Shown: in pieces, positions 34,029 through 45,276 of the stretch
How the letters are laid out: each line of letters starts with the position of its first letter
How positions within the stretch are numbered: position 1 is the stretch's first letter
IMG/VR virus record: IMGVR_UViG_3300044712_000568
Span: 1 to 64,000 of that record
Length of the DNA stretch: 64,000 nt
Direction: 5' to 3' (one strand)
From: a virus
Lineage: Duplodnaviria > Heunggongvirae > Uroviricota > Caudoviricetes
Made by a program: the position numbers and the translations under genes
The notes under the pieces: generated by a model
The model's database searches: none
What the model saw: only the letters and a program-made list of their open reading frames with translations
Told to the model about the DNA's origin: nothing

Positions 34029-35804
34029 TTCACTAAAGCAGGAATTGGCAAATAGAGTTGAAATTTTACGCACACTGACAGTTACAGTAAGAATCCCATC
34101 CCAATTACATAGATTTTTATCTTTGGAATTTTCTAAAGGCTTTCCAAAAGAAGGTGTGACTCTAGATTTTAATACTTATGACTCGTATAAGTTCTTAGAG
34201 CAAATGGTAAAAATTTATCCAAATACTCTGCTATTAAAATCAACATATTTGGCAGTTTGGATAGCACTTACCAGATGTTTTAATTCAGCGTCATTACATG
34301 ATTATCTATCCTCTATCAAAGAAGAAAAAGAACTATTATATTTTCCACATATCGATTGGTCAGTAGAACAGGATGGAAAAATTGTAGAAACCAATTTAAT
34401 CTATTCTTATATTGGAAGTGATTTATTGATTGCTAATCCATCACGAATGGTTCTTAGTCATCCGAGATCTATTTTTTCAGATACTGATAACTCTTTTGCT
34501 ATTTTTACTATGGAAAGAAGCAGAATTGCTAAAGAGTGGAGAACTAAACTGGACGATTCTTTGGGAGTTAAAGCTAAAACTGTTTTTCAATCATTGTATC
34601 AGCTTGTGCCAGATGGTCCCGGACCCAGTTCTCTGTTTAGAACTGAATCAGAATTAACGGGCCAATTAGAAATTTACGCTAAAGTGGCTACTCCAAAAAC
34701 AAAATTATCTTTCTTTTATTCGATTGCGGATAGAGTTTTATCACAATCAATTATTACAGCTAAAGAAGGACACGGCGAAATTTCATTTAATCTGCTAGAA
34801 AATATGATGAACTTAGTCAATCCAACTTTGGAAAATCCAGACGAACTTAAGACTTCTGTATTCTTTGCAGATAAACACGGAAATCCAAAGTTCGCATTTT
34901 TGGCGAATCCATGAAGGAACAGATATTAGACTATATTAATCAATACAATAAAGAATTTCAAATTAAAATCGAATACGCTGTATTAGAACCGTTCCTTAAT
35001 GCAAAGGGTGAACGAATTTATAATTTACATGTAGTGTATTCTCCACGGAAAGAGCTTCTGCTTAGATCATATTTAAGTGGAAGCTTTTCTGATGGTAGCG
35101 GAGAAAAGACCTTAAAAGGAAGTTATGCGCATCAGCAATTGACTAGCTATCCTCTTATTTCTGGATTAACTAATTCGACAGTTACTCCAGTATTTAGTGA
35201 TATTGAAGATTTTACAATTTCTAATATTGCTAGATTTTATAATTTTAAATTCAATTCCCCGACAGATCCTTTCTTATCTATGTTTCTGGAAACAGACAAT
35301 ATTATTTATATCTCTCCAGAATTCAAAGTAGCTTTCTTAGATAAGAAAGATAATTTCAAACCTCATCCTATATACATGTTGCATCAGTTGCAAGAAACTT
35401 TTGCTCAATTGATCACTAGATCGCAAGAATATAGCACTTATACGGATAAGAACAGATTGACTAAAGTATTAGAAGATCTTCATAAAACTATGAAGCTTTA
35501 TTTTATTGCTCTTAGTTATCATACTAATAAAGATCTTGTCTCTTCATTTGAAGAGAAGCATGTGTTAATTCTTAACACTCTTGCTCAATCTCATAGACCA
35601 TGGGAATTTGTGCAAGAATGTATTAATACTATCAAGGAAATAAAATTTAAAACCGAGCAAGAAGTCATGCAGACTGTTGGAGGTAGTTATAGTGCGTTAG
35701 TGACTGCAGATAGTCAGAAGGCGGCTCTTAAACAGGAATGTTATCTATTCCTAAACAATTCATTAATTGGAGAATTAGATGCGGAACGTAATAGTAATCC
35801 TTAA
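34006..35804 (+). CDS. Two hypothetical proteins (34006-34914, 34911-35804)
   Basis: Long coupled ORFs; no recognised motif. Confidence 0.7.
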
Positions 35805-36363
35805 CCTTGCGAATTTCACTGGAACCATTAATCATGGTATGAAAAACGCTGATGGTTCTTATCAGAAGCTTCGTGTTGATTATAACGAACTTCTTCAGTA
35901 TCTTGTAGGAGATCGCAAGCTCTTGGGAGCTTATGTAATTTCACAGCAGGATACTACTTCTACAAATCCCAAGAGCTTGGAAGCTATGCAAGCCAATCAG
36001 AGATTTGTGCAAAAGCTCAAAAACTTTGGTTGGACTCCAATTCGAGTTTCCTATAACAGCCAAGAAAATGATATGTCTGGAGTGCTGGATGCAATCTGGC
36101 AGAATTCTCTTACTCCATTAGTGGATGAAGAGGGTAAGTGGACTATCAATCCATCTTTAACTGATGTGGTGTTCGTAAATGGATCTGCCGCATGGTTTGA
36201 AATTATCAATGCTTACTTTGACAGTGGATTCCAGGTCGAAGTAGCTTATCCTAAGAGTGCTACGAGTAAACTTTTGACTGCGAACTTCGCATTCCTTGAT
36301 ACTACGCAGTTTCTTTTTTGGAGTAATCAGCAACTAACTGAGAAAGGGTCAGCTAAGCAATAA
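35779..36363 (+). CDS. NYN/LabA-like PIN-fold protein, probably inactive
   Basis: VIVILNLANF...VDYNELL...DVVFVNGSAAW...GFQVEV; acidic catalytic positions appear replaced. Confidence 0.45.
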   Translation: MRNVIVILNLANFTGTINHGMKNADGSYQKLRVDYNELLQYLVGDRKLLGAYVISQQDTTSTNPKSLEAMQANQRFVQKLKNFGWTPIRVSYNSQENDMSGVLDAIWQNSLTPLVDEEGKWTINPSLTDVVFVNGSAAWFEIINAYFDSGFQVEVAYPKSATSKLLTANFAFLDTTQFLFWSNQQLTEKGSAKQ

Positions 36364-38786
36364 TGTCGGAATACACTGTAACCTCTAGAATTCTATCTTC
36401 TGAAGAAAAGATTATTCTTTTCGGAAAGAAAGTGGCTCAGACTCATACAGCTGTAAAAGCAACAGACCTGGATAATTATCTGGGTCTGTTTAGGGCTATG
36501 TATGAAGGACAGCCAATTAATATTCCAGGACTAGAGGAATTGAAGGGATTGCATCGAGTTTACATTTATTGTGATCTTCCGGTGGGATCTCGTTATTATA
36601 ATGAATCACTTAATAAATATAATGGAGAACCTAGAACCGAAGTTTATGGGGTTCCCATTCAGTATACTAAAACTGAAATTAATGATTTTTTAATTCCGCT
36701 TTTAAAAGAAGCCGCCCATCCTTTTGAGGGTATAACTAGCGAAAGCTATAAAAATGCTTCCAGCGTATATGAATCTGTTCATTCCGGTTACAATATATTG
36801 ATGGAAACTATCCTTGGCGGATGTTTTATCAATACCTTTAACGGTAAGCCAATCAGTATTGCAACATTCCCAGCTATTCATTCATTGTATAATTCAATGA
36901 ATTGGAGTCAATTGGGCGGAACTTCTGCCGATCTTTCTTTGGAAAAGGATGCGCAAGCTTCTTGGTATTATACGCAATTCTTAGTGCCCAGTGAAATTGG
37001 TAAAGATTTGGTAGATTATTCACCAGATTCTAAGTTCTTAAAAATGACTCAACCCTTTTTAATGGGACAAAAGAACGAATTCGCTGATACTTTCCAGTCA
37101 TTGTTCAATTGGAATGCTGGATCGGGCTCTCAAGGAATGGTTATTGCTCCAGGCTATTTGAAAATGAATGGCTATTATAAATTCAATGATAAGCAATATA
37201 TGGGTATTTCATGGTCTGGCAATTCTCCAATGACAGAAAGCTTTGGATTTTCTCCTGCTGGACTTTTGACTTCTAATTTTGAACAATATCTTTTTAATAC
37301 TGATAAAGATGCGTCTAAACTTAGTGGAATGTATTCATTTACAGACATTAACAGTCGTTATCGTTCAGCGGGTTCCAATCGCGGAAGTTTCCTAATTGTT
37401 AATAAAGATGCGATTTCAACTTCTCCAATTAGAGTTCACTCAGCTGTTCCAGAATTAATCGAATTGGATAAAGACTTCTTTGACAATATCTCTCAGATTG
37501 TAAAGGATGAAAGAGCATCTGGTAATCTATTAGGTAGTTCTGATGCTATTGAAAAGTTTAGAAAGCGTGAATTCGCTATTAAGCGAGAGGGTTATCTAAG
37601 CGTTAGTGAAGCACAAAATTCTCGTTATATTACCATTCAAAATTCAGATTCTAAATTCTTTGTCTTAACTAAGACTTCAAAGGCTAAAGAAGCAGCTAGA
37701 AAAATGGCTATTACCAGAAAAATTACTGCTGCAGTTGCTCCAGTAGTTGATATGGCCGTGCGAATTTTCTCAGCTTGTGACTTTGAGACGGGTTATTTAG
37801 ATCAAGATTTTAAATTTCCAATAAGTTCTAAATCTACATTTGACGCTAATTATAGTCAAATTATGACAACGACTCTTATGTCTGCATTAGATTCTCGAAT
37901 CAATATTGCGGTTAAGAGTTATACCACTGAGAATATCAAGAACGCTGCTGAAGTCATTAAAAAGATTTATGAAACCATCAATTATGATGGTAATCCATTC
38001 TTCGATTGGCATCCAGCAGAAACTCAGACTAGAACTTATCGTAATCAGTTTCTTCAGTTAAATGCTCAGGAGCAAGAAAAACAAATTCTTGGGTATCTTT
38101 ACGGAACGATGAAGGTAGCCTTTGCTACTAATGAGTTAAGTAACTTATTTAGTCCATCATCCGGTCAGCTAAACTTTGTTTCTGTTGGATATAATATCTA
38201 CAGTAACGCTAAGTTTGGTAAATTTCCAACTGAATTGGCTACATTATCAGCTACCCATTATAATTATCGTAGCACTTATTCTTTTACTGGAAGACAATGT
38301 TACCATATTTATATGAATAATTTTATTGGTGAGGATGAAGCACTAACTAAGTCAGTAGAAATGAGAAAGAATGACGATTATCTTGGAGTTACAACCAATT
38401 TCGTCACCGCATCTACTGCTTATACTTTCAGCCAAGCTGGATTAGATACTCTTACTGCACTCAAAAAGTGCAAGACTTTCAAAGATTATCAAACTTGGTT
38501 TGATGGAGTAAAGCCAGAACTTGAATCACGATTAACTACCTTATTGGTTCAAGATTTAGCAGTTAGAAAAGCTACTATTCTCATGCTTGATCATTTCCAA
38601 CACCTTTTAACCCAGCTTGCTATCAATGAAGCTAACTATCTTCCAAAGGAAGAAAAAAAGGTGAGAGGAAAGAAAAAGAAGGAAGAGGAAGCTGAGGCAG
38701 AGGACGATACTTCTATTGAAGAAGTTGTCCCAAATGAAACAGACGCAGCAGCAATTTTAGCTGCTATCACAGGAGAAAGTAAATGA
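36363..38786 (+). CDS. Large hypothetical protein (807 aa)
   Basis: Long ORF coupled at both ends; charged C-terminal tail. Confidence 0.8.
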   Translation: MSEYTVTSRILSSEEKIILFGKKVAQTHTAVKATDLDNYLGLFRAMYEGQPINIPGLEELKGLHRVYIYCDLPVGSRYYNESLNKYNGEPRTEVYGVPIQYTKTEINDFLIPLLKEAAHPFEGITSESYKNASSVYESVHSGYNILMETILGGCFINTFNGKPISIATFPAIHSLYNSMNWSQLGGTSADLSLEKDAQASWYYTQFLVPSEIGKDLVDYSPDSKFLKMTQPFLMGQKNEFADTFQSLFNWNAGSGSQGMVIAPGYLKMNGYYKFNDKQYMGISWSGNSPMTESFGFSPAGLLTSNFEQYLFNTDKDASKLSGMYSFTDINSRYRSAGSNRGSFLIVNKDAISTSPIRVHSAVPELIELDKDFFDNISQIVKDERASGNLLGSSDAIEKFRKREFAIKREGYLSVSEAQNSRYITIQNSDSKFFVLTKTSKAKEAARKMAITRKITAAVAPVVDMAVRIFSACDFETGYLDQDFKFPISSKSTFDANYSQIMTTTLMSALDSRINIAVKSYTTENIKNAAEVIKKIYETINYDGNPFFDWHPAETQTRTYRNQFLQLNAQEQEKQILGYLYGTMKVAFATNELSNLFSPSSGQLNFVSVGYNIYSNAKFGKFPTELATLSATHYNYRSTYSFTGRQCYHIYMNNFIGEDEALTKSVEMRKNDDYLGVTTNFVTASTAYTFSQAGLDTLTALKKCKTFKDYQTWFDGVKPELESRLTTLLVQDLAVRKATILMLDHFQHLLTQLAINEANYLPKEEKKVRGKKKKEEEAEAEDDTSIEEVVPNETDAAAILAAITGESK

Positions 38787-39427
38787 CACAATTCACAGAC
38801 GAGGATGAAGGAATCGTCAGTGATCCTAAATTTACAGTTCGATACACTCTCGGACTGTTCTGTTTAGCAAACTGGCTTTACAATACGCTTATCGTTGGTC
38901 CTGAAGGTATTGCTGATTTCAGCACTATCTCTGATGAGGTATTCAATGATAAGATGTTCTTTGTTGGTGCTTATCAGCAAATTACTGACTTAGTAGCGGA
39001 TCTCAGTGATCCTCGTATCGTAACTGAAATGATGGATTCCAAGACACTTCTTCTTGATCGACATAAGCTCAAGGAAATGTTCTCTTTGGATGAAACCAAA
39101 ATGAAGAGTCTTGCCGAACAGGGAGTATCTGTTTATTCCATGTTAGTAGCTAAGAAGCTAGCAGAGAATACTATCTTTGACGAAGAAATCGTCCCAGAGT
39201 CTTACACGACTATTGATGGTTCTGATAAGAATGCAAGTGACTTATCAGTTCCCATTTCTTTGGTATTCTCGGTAGATAGCGAGCTACTGGATCGCATTTC
39301 TAGGCTTTTGTCTTTGAACGATACAACAATCGTAGGCGAAACTCTCGCTGAATTGGCAAAGGATGAGAAGATGAGTTGCTTTAAGAACTCTTTCGACTTC
39401 CTTTCTCGCATCGACTCAACTCACTAA
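38783..39427 (+). CDS. Acidic hypothetical protein
   Basis: 214-aa ORF, ATGA overlap. Confidence 0.75.
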   Translation: MTQFTDEDEGIVSDPKFTVRYTLGLFCLANWLYNTLIVGPEGIADFSTISDEVFNDKMFFVGAYQQITDLVADLSDPRIVTEMMDSKTLLLDRHKLKEMFSLDETKMKSLAEQGVSVYSMLVAKKLAENTIFDEEIVPESYTTIDGSDKNASDLSVPISLVFSVDSELLDRISRLLSLNDTTIVGETLAELAKDEKMSCFKNSFDFLSRIDSTH

Positions 39428-39475
39428 TTCACTTATATTAATAACAATATTAATAACAATCATAGGAGAAACATA

Positions 39476-40762
39476 ATGGCTGCTAAGAACCAGACTCTGA
39501 GCAAGGACTTTTTCACTAACGCTACTCGCATGACTCTCGCTCAGGTCCAGCAGTTCCTAACCAATGTGGTTTTGAACACCAATCCTCGTGATCTCGCTCC
39601 CATCATTCTTTGGGGTGCTCCTGGTATTGCTAAGTCGGCAATCATTGATTACGTTTTCGGTAACTCTGATCGCGGTGTGAAAACCGTGATTCTGTCTCAG
39701 GTCGGCCCTCTCGATTCTAACGGTCTGCCTCACATCGAGAAGGATGATAACGGCGTGGATATCACCCGTTTCAGCCAGACCGATACTTTCGGTCGCGGTA
39801 AGTTCCACCTTTTCCTCGATGAGCTTAACAACGCTGCTCCCAGCACTCTTGCTGCTGCTCAGAACTTGCTGAGTTCTAAGTGGATGGGTGGACACTCTTT
39901 CGAAGATGTGCATATCATCGCAGCTTGTAATCCTCCTAGCACTAACTCGCTGGCTAACGATCTGAACTATCCTACCATCAGCCGCTGCATCAACATCGTT
40001 GTGGATTATACCCTCGACGATTTCATCAGCTACGCTATGTCTAGCGGTAAGGTTCATCCTGCCATTACTGCCTTCCACAAGAAGACTTCTGGCCGTTACC
40101 TTCAGTGCAAGTGGGCTATCTATCCTGGCACTTCTTACGAGGTTCCTGAGCCTATGGCGAATGAGCCTTTCCCTTGCCCTCGTTCTTGGACTCTGGCTTC
40201 TAACGCTGTGAATGCTCTCAGTGGTGCGAAGACTAATGCTGTGGTAGATTACTCGCTTCTGAAGCCTCTGGTTGAAGGTGCGGTTGGTATTCAGGCTGCG
40301 TCTGAGTTCGCTACTACTTACGCTTACATGAACCGGATTCCTGATATCGAGAAGATTTTCGATGGTTCTCTTGATCCTAAGAAGACCAAGCTCGAAGATA
40401 ACATCGCTGTTCAGTTCCTTACCATGATGAGCTGCATCAACCACTGCATCGCTAACATCAATGAATCTGTCCAGAAGGGTGTATCTGCTCGTGTGGATTC
40501 TGATAAGAGCCCTGCCTATAAGCTGCTTGCGGGTATTCACTACTGCATCCGTTTCATGGGTATTGCTTCTTCTCCTGAACTCGCTACCATGACTCTCCAG
40601 GCTGTGACTCGTTCCATGCGTGAGAGCAAGATGTCTCCTGAATTCATGCAGAAGCTTCTCGGCGGTATTGATAAGGCTAAGGGTCTTAGCCGTGAAGATA
40701 TCATCCAGTATTCTCGCACCACTAGCTCTAACCAGCTGGACATTCAGGGCTCTATCGGGTAA
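39476..40762 (+). CDS. MoxR/AAA_5-type AAA+ ATPase
   Basis: GAPGIAKS Walker A, LFLDELN Walker B, IIAACNP, PCPRSW; strong RBS and biased codon use. Confidence 0.88.
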   Translation: MAAKNQTLSKDFFTNATRMTLAQVQQFLTNVVLNTNPRDLAPIILWGAPGIAKSAIIDYVFGNSDRGVKTVILSQVGPLDSNGLPHIEKDDNGVDITRFSQTDTFGRGKFHLFLDELNNAAPSTLAAAQNLLSSKWMGGHSFEDVHIIAACNPPSTNSLANDLNYPTISRCINIVVDYTLDDFISYAMSSGKVHPAITAFHKKTSGRYLQCKWAIYPGTSYEVPEPMANEPFPCPRSWTLASNAVNALSGAKTNAVVDYSLLKPLVEGAVGIQAASEFATTYAYMNRIPDIEKIFDGSLDPKKTKLEDNIAVQFLTMMSCINHCIANINESVQKGVSARVDSDKSPAYKLLAGIHYCIRFMGIASSPELATMTLQAVTRSMRESKMSPEFMQKLLGGIDKAKGLSREDIIQYSRTTSSNQLDIQGSIG

Positions 40763-40782
40763 TTAGCCGGGAGTTGATTTTC

Positions 40783-40827
40783 AATGGTAGTTACTGTGTT
40801 TGTAAGAATTCCACAGTAACTACCATT
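40783..40827 (+). terminator. Long hairpin after the AAA gene (terminator or mRNA stabiliser)
   Basis: 16-bp inverted repeat AATGGTAGTTACTGTG/CACAGTAACTACCATT. Confidence 0.6.
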
Positions 40828-40860
40828 TGGAAATTAGTAAAAATTTTCTTGGGAAGATTT

Positions 40861-41407
40861 ATGCCCTTTGTAGTAATAAGCATTCTTTCTGGAGAACAGT
40901 GTAATCTATTTCCAAATGAGTTTTGCGCGTATTCTGAATTTCCTTCTGAATGTGCTGCAGAAACTATTTTAAATTTATGTATAGAAACACATAATGCTAA
41001 AGCAGTGATTCATAATGTGGAAAAAAGATTTATGCGAGAAGAATTTCTAATCCTAGAGAGATCTTCTATTTCAAATACTCCAGAAAAAACATAGGAGATT
41101 TATGGCATGGGAAGTGTTATGCCTAGTTACAAATGAAACCATCATCATGAATATTCCAAACGATGATGGAATTATGGTTAGCACAAGTAGTTGGCGTAGT
41201 AAAGCAGACGCTAATTGGGCGATAAAAAAACTAGTAATATATTACAATGACATGTTAGAGATCTTCTTAGAAGGATACCCTGGAGAAACATCTAGGAAAT
41301 TTGAAATCTCTAATCATCAACCGCTAACAATTTTTGATTTTGAGGCGGTTAAAGCACACAAGAAAGAACCTTCATCAAAGAAGAGGAGAACCAAAAATGT
41401 CAGCTAA
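40861..41407 (+). CDS. Two HIP(S/T)G-family-like proteins (40861-41094, 41102-41407) between AAA and VWA genes
   Basis: FVVISILSGEQ..FPSECAA..EEFLIL; WEVLCLVTNE..WRSKADA..DFEAV. Confidence 0.55.
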
Positions 41408-42761
41408 AGTTGGCGAGGACATTAAGGCATTTTACGAAGATCTGATTAATAATCAGTGGGATAAGATTGATGAGCCTAATGTCAATCTTCCAGCTCTTCG
41501 TTCATTCATTATCAAAACGATCCCGTTCTATGCTTCTGCTTTGCAGTTGGTAGATATTGAGATCATCAATAACAAAAAGAATCTTCCTAGCTTTGGTTTT
41601 ACCAATGGCTATAAGATTTTCATCAGTCCTAAGCTCTACAAGATTCATGGAATGGTGGTAGAAAAGTCTGGCAAGCCTTGGTTCAAAACTCCAGAGCTTG
41701 GTATTACTTTCACTATTCTTCACGAAATCGGACATCTGGTGTTTGATTCCTTTGGTAGACTTCAGCATCGCTCTCATGAACTTTGGAATGTTGCTACTGA
41801 TTATCAGATCAATCAATTCGTTGCACGAATCATGAAGGAATCTGGAGTTTTCAAGTCTGATAAGTCTTACACAGACTTCATGGAAGTAATCAATAAGAAC
41901 TTCGTGTTCGATCCAGGTAAATATTCTAAGCTTAGTGCCGAAGCCACTTATGACGATCTGTATAAGGTCGGTATGAGAGGTAAGGATTACGGTGGTTGGA
42001 GTATGAATGGAGATATGGTTGGTGACGGTTCCGGCGCTGATGAAGATGGTAAGCCTTTGACTCCAGAAGAGCAGATGGCTAGAGATATCATCAAATCTGA
42101 ATTGAAGGACTATTCAACTAAGAATGCTACTAAGCTTCCCGGTCACGGTTCTTCATATGGTCGTGAATTTGAACTTCAGCTTGAACCTCCAAAGGTTAAT
42201 CTGAGACAGATTCTCAAACATATCACTGATCGTGAAAATACGGAAGATTACGGTTATAGTCGCCGTGGTTCTCGTATGGATCACATGATGAGTGGTAATA
42301 TTCGACTTCCTTCGGTTGTCGAATCTAACCCCGATAAGATTCGTAAGGTCATGGTGGTTCTTGATTGTTCTGGCTCGATGAGTTCAGAACAGCTTAATGA
42401 TGCGCTTAACATTATCCGTGAGGTTATGGCTAAGCACACCAAGAATCCAGTCCATTTGATTCTTCATACGGATACGGTTAACTTCTCTGCTGCCATTAAG
42501 GATTACTCAGAAGTTCCTCGCAACATTACTGGTGGCACTGCTTTCCAGCCTGTGTTGGATGAAATCGAGCGCCTTAGGAAGAAAGAGAATGTTATTCCGA
42601 GTGCTGTGATTTGGGTGACTGACCTTTACGGTGAGCTCTCTCAGGAAGATTACAATGTTCGGAAGTTCCCGTTCTATAAGAAGCTCAGCTGGATTATCTC
42701 CGGATCTAATCTGGAAAGTCCTATCGGTCGTAACTATTGGATCGATGAAGTTGGCGATTAA
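41397..42761 (+). CDS. DUF2201-type metallopeptidase + VWA domain protein
   Basis: TNG, ILHEIGH, WNVATDYQIN; DCSGSMS MIDAS, GGTAF, VTDLYG. Confidence 0.88.
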   Translation: MSAKVGEDIKAFYEDLINNQWDKIDEPNVNLPALRSFIIKTIPFYASALQLVDIEIINNKKNLPSFGFTNGYKIFISPKLYKIHGMVVEKSGKPWFKTPELGITFTILHEIGHLVFDSFGRLQHRSHELWNVATDYQINQFVARIMKESGVFKSDKSYTDFMEVINKNFVFDPGKYSKLSAEATYDDLYKVGMRGKDYGGWSMNGDMVGDGSGADEDGKPLTPEEQMARDIIKSELKDYSTKNATKLPGHGSSYGREFELQLEPPKVNLRQILKHITDRENTEDYGYSRRGSRMDHMMSGNIRLPSVVESNPDKIRKVMVVLDCSGSMSSEQLNDALNIIREVMAKHTKNPVHLILHTDTVNFSAAIKDYSEVPRNITGGTAFQPVLDEIERLRKKENVIPSAVIWVTDLYGELSQEDYNVRKFPFYKKLSWIISGSNLESPIGRNYWIDEVGD

Positions 42762-42769
42762 TGCTGATC

Positions 42770-42800
42770 GGGAGAGTCGTAATAATGCGGCTCTCCCTTT
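42770..42800 (+). terminator. Intrinsic terminator
   Basis: GGGAGAGTCGT/GCGGCTCTCCC followed by TTTCCTTT. Confidence 0.7.
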
Positions 42801-43179
42801 CCTTTGGAGGATTTGATGAAAACTTCGCGTGTTTACTGGGAAATGACTAAGTTAGTTGGATCTGGCGGAAAGGCTTCTGTTAAGACTGTGTCTAAGGGAA
42901 CTTTACCTTATGGTATTACCAAAGTTATGAATGATTATATTCTTACTAGGTATAATTGGGATAGAATTGAACGAGTGAATTATTATCCGACCCCATCTGG
43001 TAGTAATACTTTCCGTCTTTATGGAAATCATGGAGTAGTTTTAGTTGATAAACTTACTACTCTCCATATTCATGTAGTTCAAGAAGATGACGATCGTTAC
43101 GATATGCCTTTTGATATTGCTTTAGACAAAGCCTTAGAAAAGGCTGCATCGCTATAATTCTAAATACTTGTGGAAGTAT

Positions 43180-43419
43180 ATGATTAAGATTTTGTATGTT
43201 CCTGCAGGACAATATCTACATTTTATGATCGATGGTGCTGGAAGGCTTACTGTAGATTTCGAATCCTCTTCTCTACATATTCGTAATGGATGGTATCCAG
43301 ATAGATTGTTTAATTCTATATGCCAAGAAGATTCTCTTACTTGGGCTGTTTTGTGCAGAAACAACAAAATACCGCCATCAACTCCAGTAAGAGAAGAATT
43401 TGAAGTAATTTACGACTAG
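43180..43419 (+). CDS. HIP(S/T)G-family protein
   Basis: MIKILYVPAGQYL...TVDFESS...REEFEVIYD. Confidence 0.72.
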   Translation: MIKILYVPAGQYLHFMIDGAGRLTVDFESSSLHIRNGWYPDRLFNSICQEDSLTWAVLCRNNKIPPSTPVREEFEVIYD

Positions 43420-43494
43420 GATTAATACCAGGGTGGTGCCTATCAAGATTCATTGGATAGCGACGATACTATAGGCACTTGAGGAGAACTCTTT

Positions 43495-44800
43495 ATGAGT
43501 GATGCATTTATGAGACTTGTTCAATATGACAAGCTATCCAAACTTTCATCGGATGACCTTAAAAATGTGAAAAATATTCACGTTCTTTTTGACGAGTCCG
43601 ATCCAAATTCTGTAATGGCAACTTTATCTGTTGATGAAAACGGTAAGATTTCTAGAGCAGAACATTACGAATCTTTAAAAGAGTTTTCTACTGTAGCTAT
43701 GAAAGAATTGCTAACACTTTACGCTAAGCGTGTGATTATCGATTCTGACACAGAGTATTATACTGCGGATGATCCAAAGCTACATTCATTTTTATCAAAG
43801 CTTTCTTATCCTGGTGTAGAAATGGTTTGTCATAATCTGACAGATTTTTCGACCCAGTTTAAGTCAGGTAAGGTAACTCTGAAACTTCCGCGATCTGGAA
43901 CAACTAGGCCTAATTCTAAGAGGCCGATGAAATCTACTGCGGCCAATTAATAGGTCATTTGGAGGAAACATGCTAGGATTTGACGATATCAAAAATGATA
44001 TTCCCAAAGTTATTGATTACTTGGACAGAGAATTTTTCTCTGATTCTACTGTGACAATGATGAATGATGAGTATCTAAAGAAGGCTATTCGTGAACGCCT
44101 TTGCCAGATCGTCTTTAAACATGAGGGATTAGCTCCTCTTAATACTGACGGACATGCGCTTTCTAAGGCTATGTTACGTTCGTCCTTGTCACCCGAGGAT
44201 ATTAATTTCATTCTTAATGCTACACTGAAAGTATCAGATGTTCAGATTAGCATTAAGGCTACAGCAGATGAAGCTACTGCTGAAGATGGCGACAAAAAGA
44301 AGGATAGTGAAGAGGAAACTGTAGAAAATGCTAATGCTATGATTAAGGCCAAGATGGAATCTATGGGTTCCATTGAAAACTTGATCGGTATCATTAGGGA
44401 TAATCTCGGAACTTCTCGAATTGTTCCTGTCCCATCAGCAGAGTCTGCTATGGAAGCTATGATGGCTAAGATGGCGGGCAATCCGCAGGCAGAACCTGTA
44501 TTGGATATGCTTTCTATTGAGCGCCCTTTAGAGCTAAATTTGAATTTTGTTGATCTCACAAAGATTAGCAATACTCAGATTTTTCAGTTCTTGAATGTTC
44601 TCATGGCATCTGATTCAAATAGCTCTCTTGAAGTTACTCTTCCAATTGATGCCTTTATTGATCCAGTAAAGGATTTTCTTAGGACTGATTTAGAACCTGT
44701 GCTACAAGCGGCTGTTGATTTTGCGCATAATTCTGCAAAGAATTCAATTAGCTTTACTGCTGCTCCGGATCCATATAAGGCTCTTTTCGAAACGCTATGA
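43495..44800 (+). CDS. Two hypothetical proteins (43495-43950, 43970-44800)
   Basis: GAGGAG and GGAGG RBS; long ORFs. Confidence 0.7.
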
Positions 44801-45229
44801 AGCATGACGTAAAAGATATGCTATCATATTTTGTAATGTGGTAGCATTTTCTTTTACTAGTCCAAGAGCAGTATTGCAATTAGAGCATAATAATCCTCTA
44901 ATATTCAAAGTAGTATGATCATGATCGACGCAAAGTTTATCTTTACTTAAACAAATAGCACATTGTTCTTGTTGGTTATTTAACAAAGATAAATATTGTT
45001 CTTCGCTTAATTTATAAGTATACCAACGATATTTTGAGCTAGTTCTTGGGTGAGTTTTACGATAGTTTTTATTTTTTTGTGTTTCTCTTTCAATATTATC
45101 GTAATAACTTTGTTTCCGTCTAGCATTACTGCATTGTTTGCAATAGTTACTTAACTTATCCTTATTTGTTTTAGACTTATGAAATTCGGTGAGTTCTTTA
45201 GTTATTTTACAAGTGATGCATTGTTTCAT
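44795..45229 (-). CDS. Endonuclease VII-like (recombination/homing) endonuclease
   Basis: CITC...CKQC; QCAIC...LCVDHDH...IRGLLCSNCNTALG. Confidence 0.9.
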   Translation of the reverse strand: MKQCITCKITKELTEFHKSKTNKDKLSNYCKQCSNARRKQSYYDNIERETQKNKNYRKTHPRTSSKYRWYTYKLSEEQYLSLLNNQQEQCAICLSKDKLCVDHDHTTLNIRGLLCSNCNTALGLVKENATTLQNMIAYLLRHAS

Positions 45230-45276
45230 TTTGTAACCCCATTTAATTTAATTAACCCCAAGTGCGGATGCATTCC

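Noticed and set aside
39557-40540. 327-aa minus-strand ORF (also 12799-13578 and 13855-14484)
   Set aside because: Antisense shadows of strongly codon-biased genes (AAA ATPase, NAMPT-like, LemA); no motifs or RBS.
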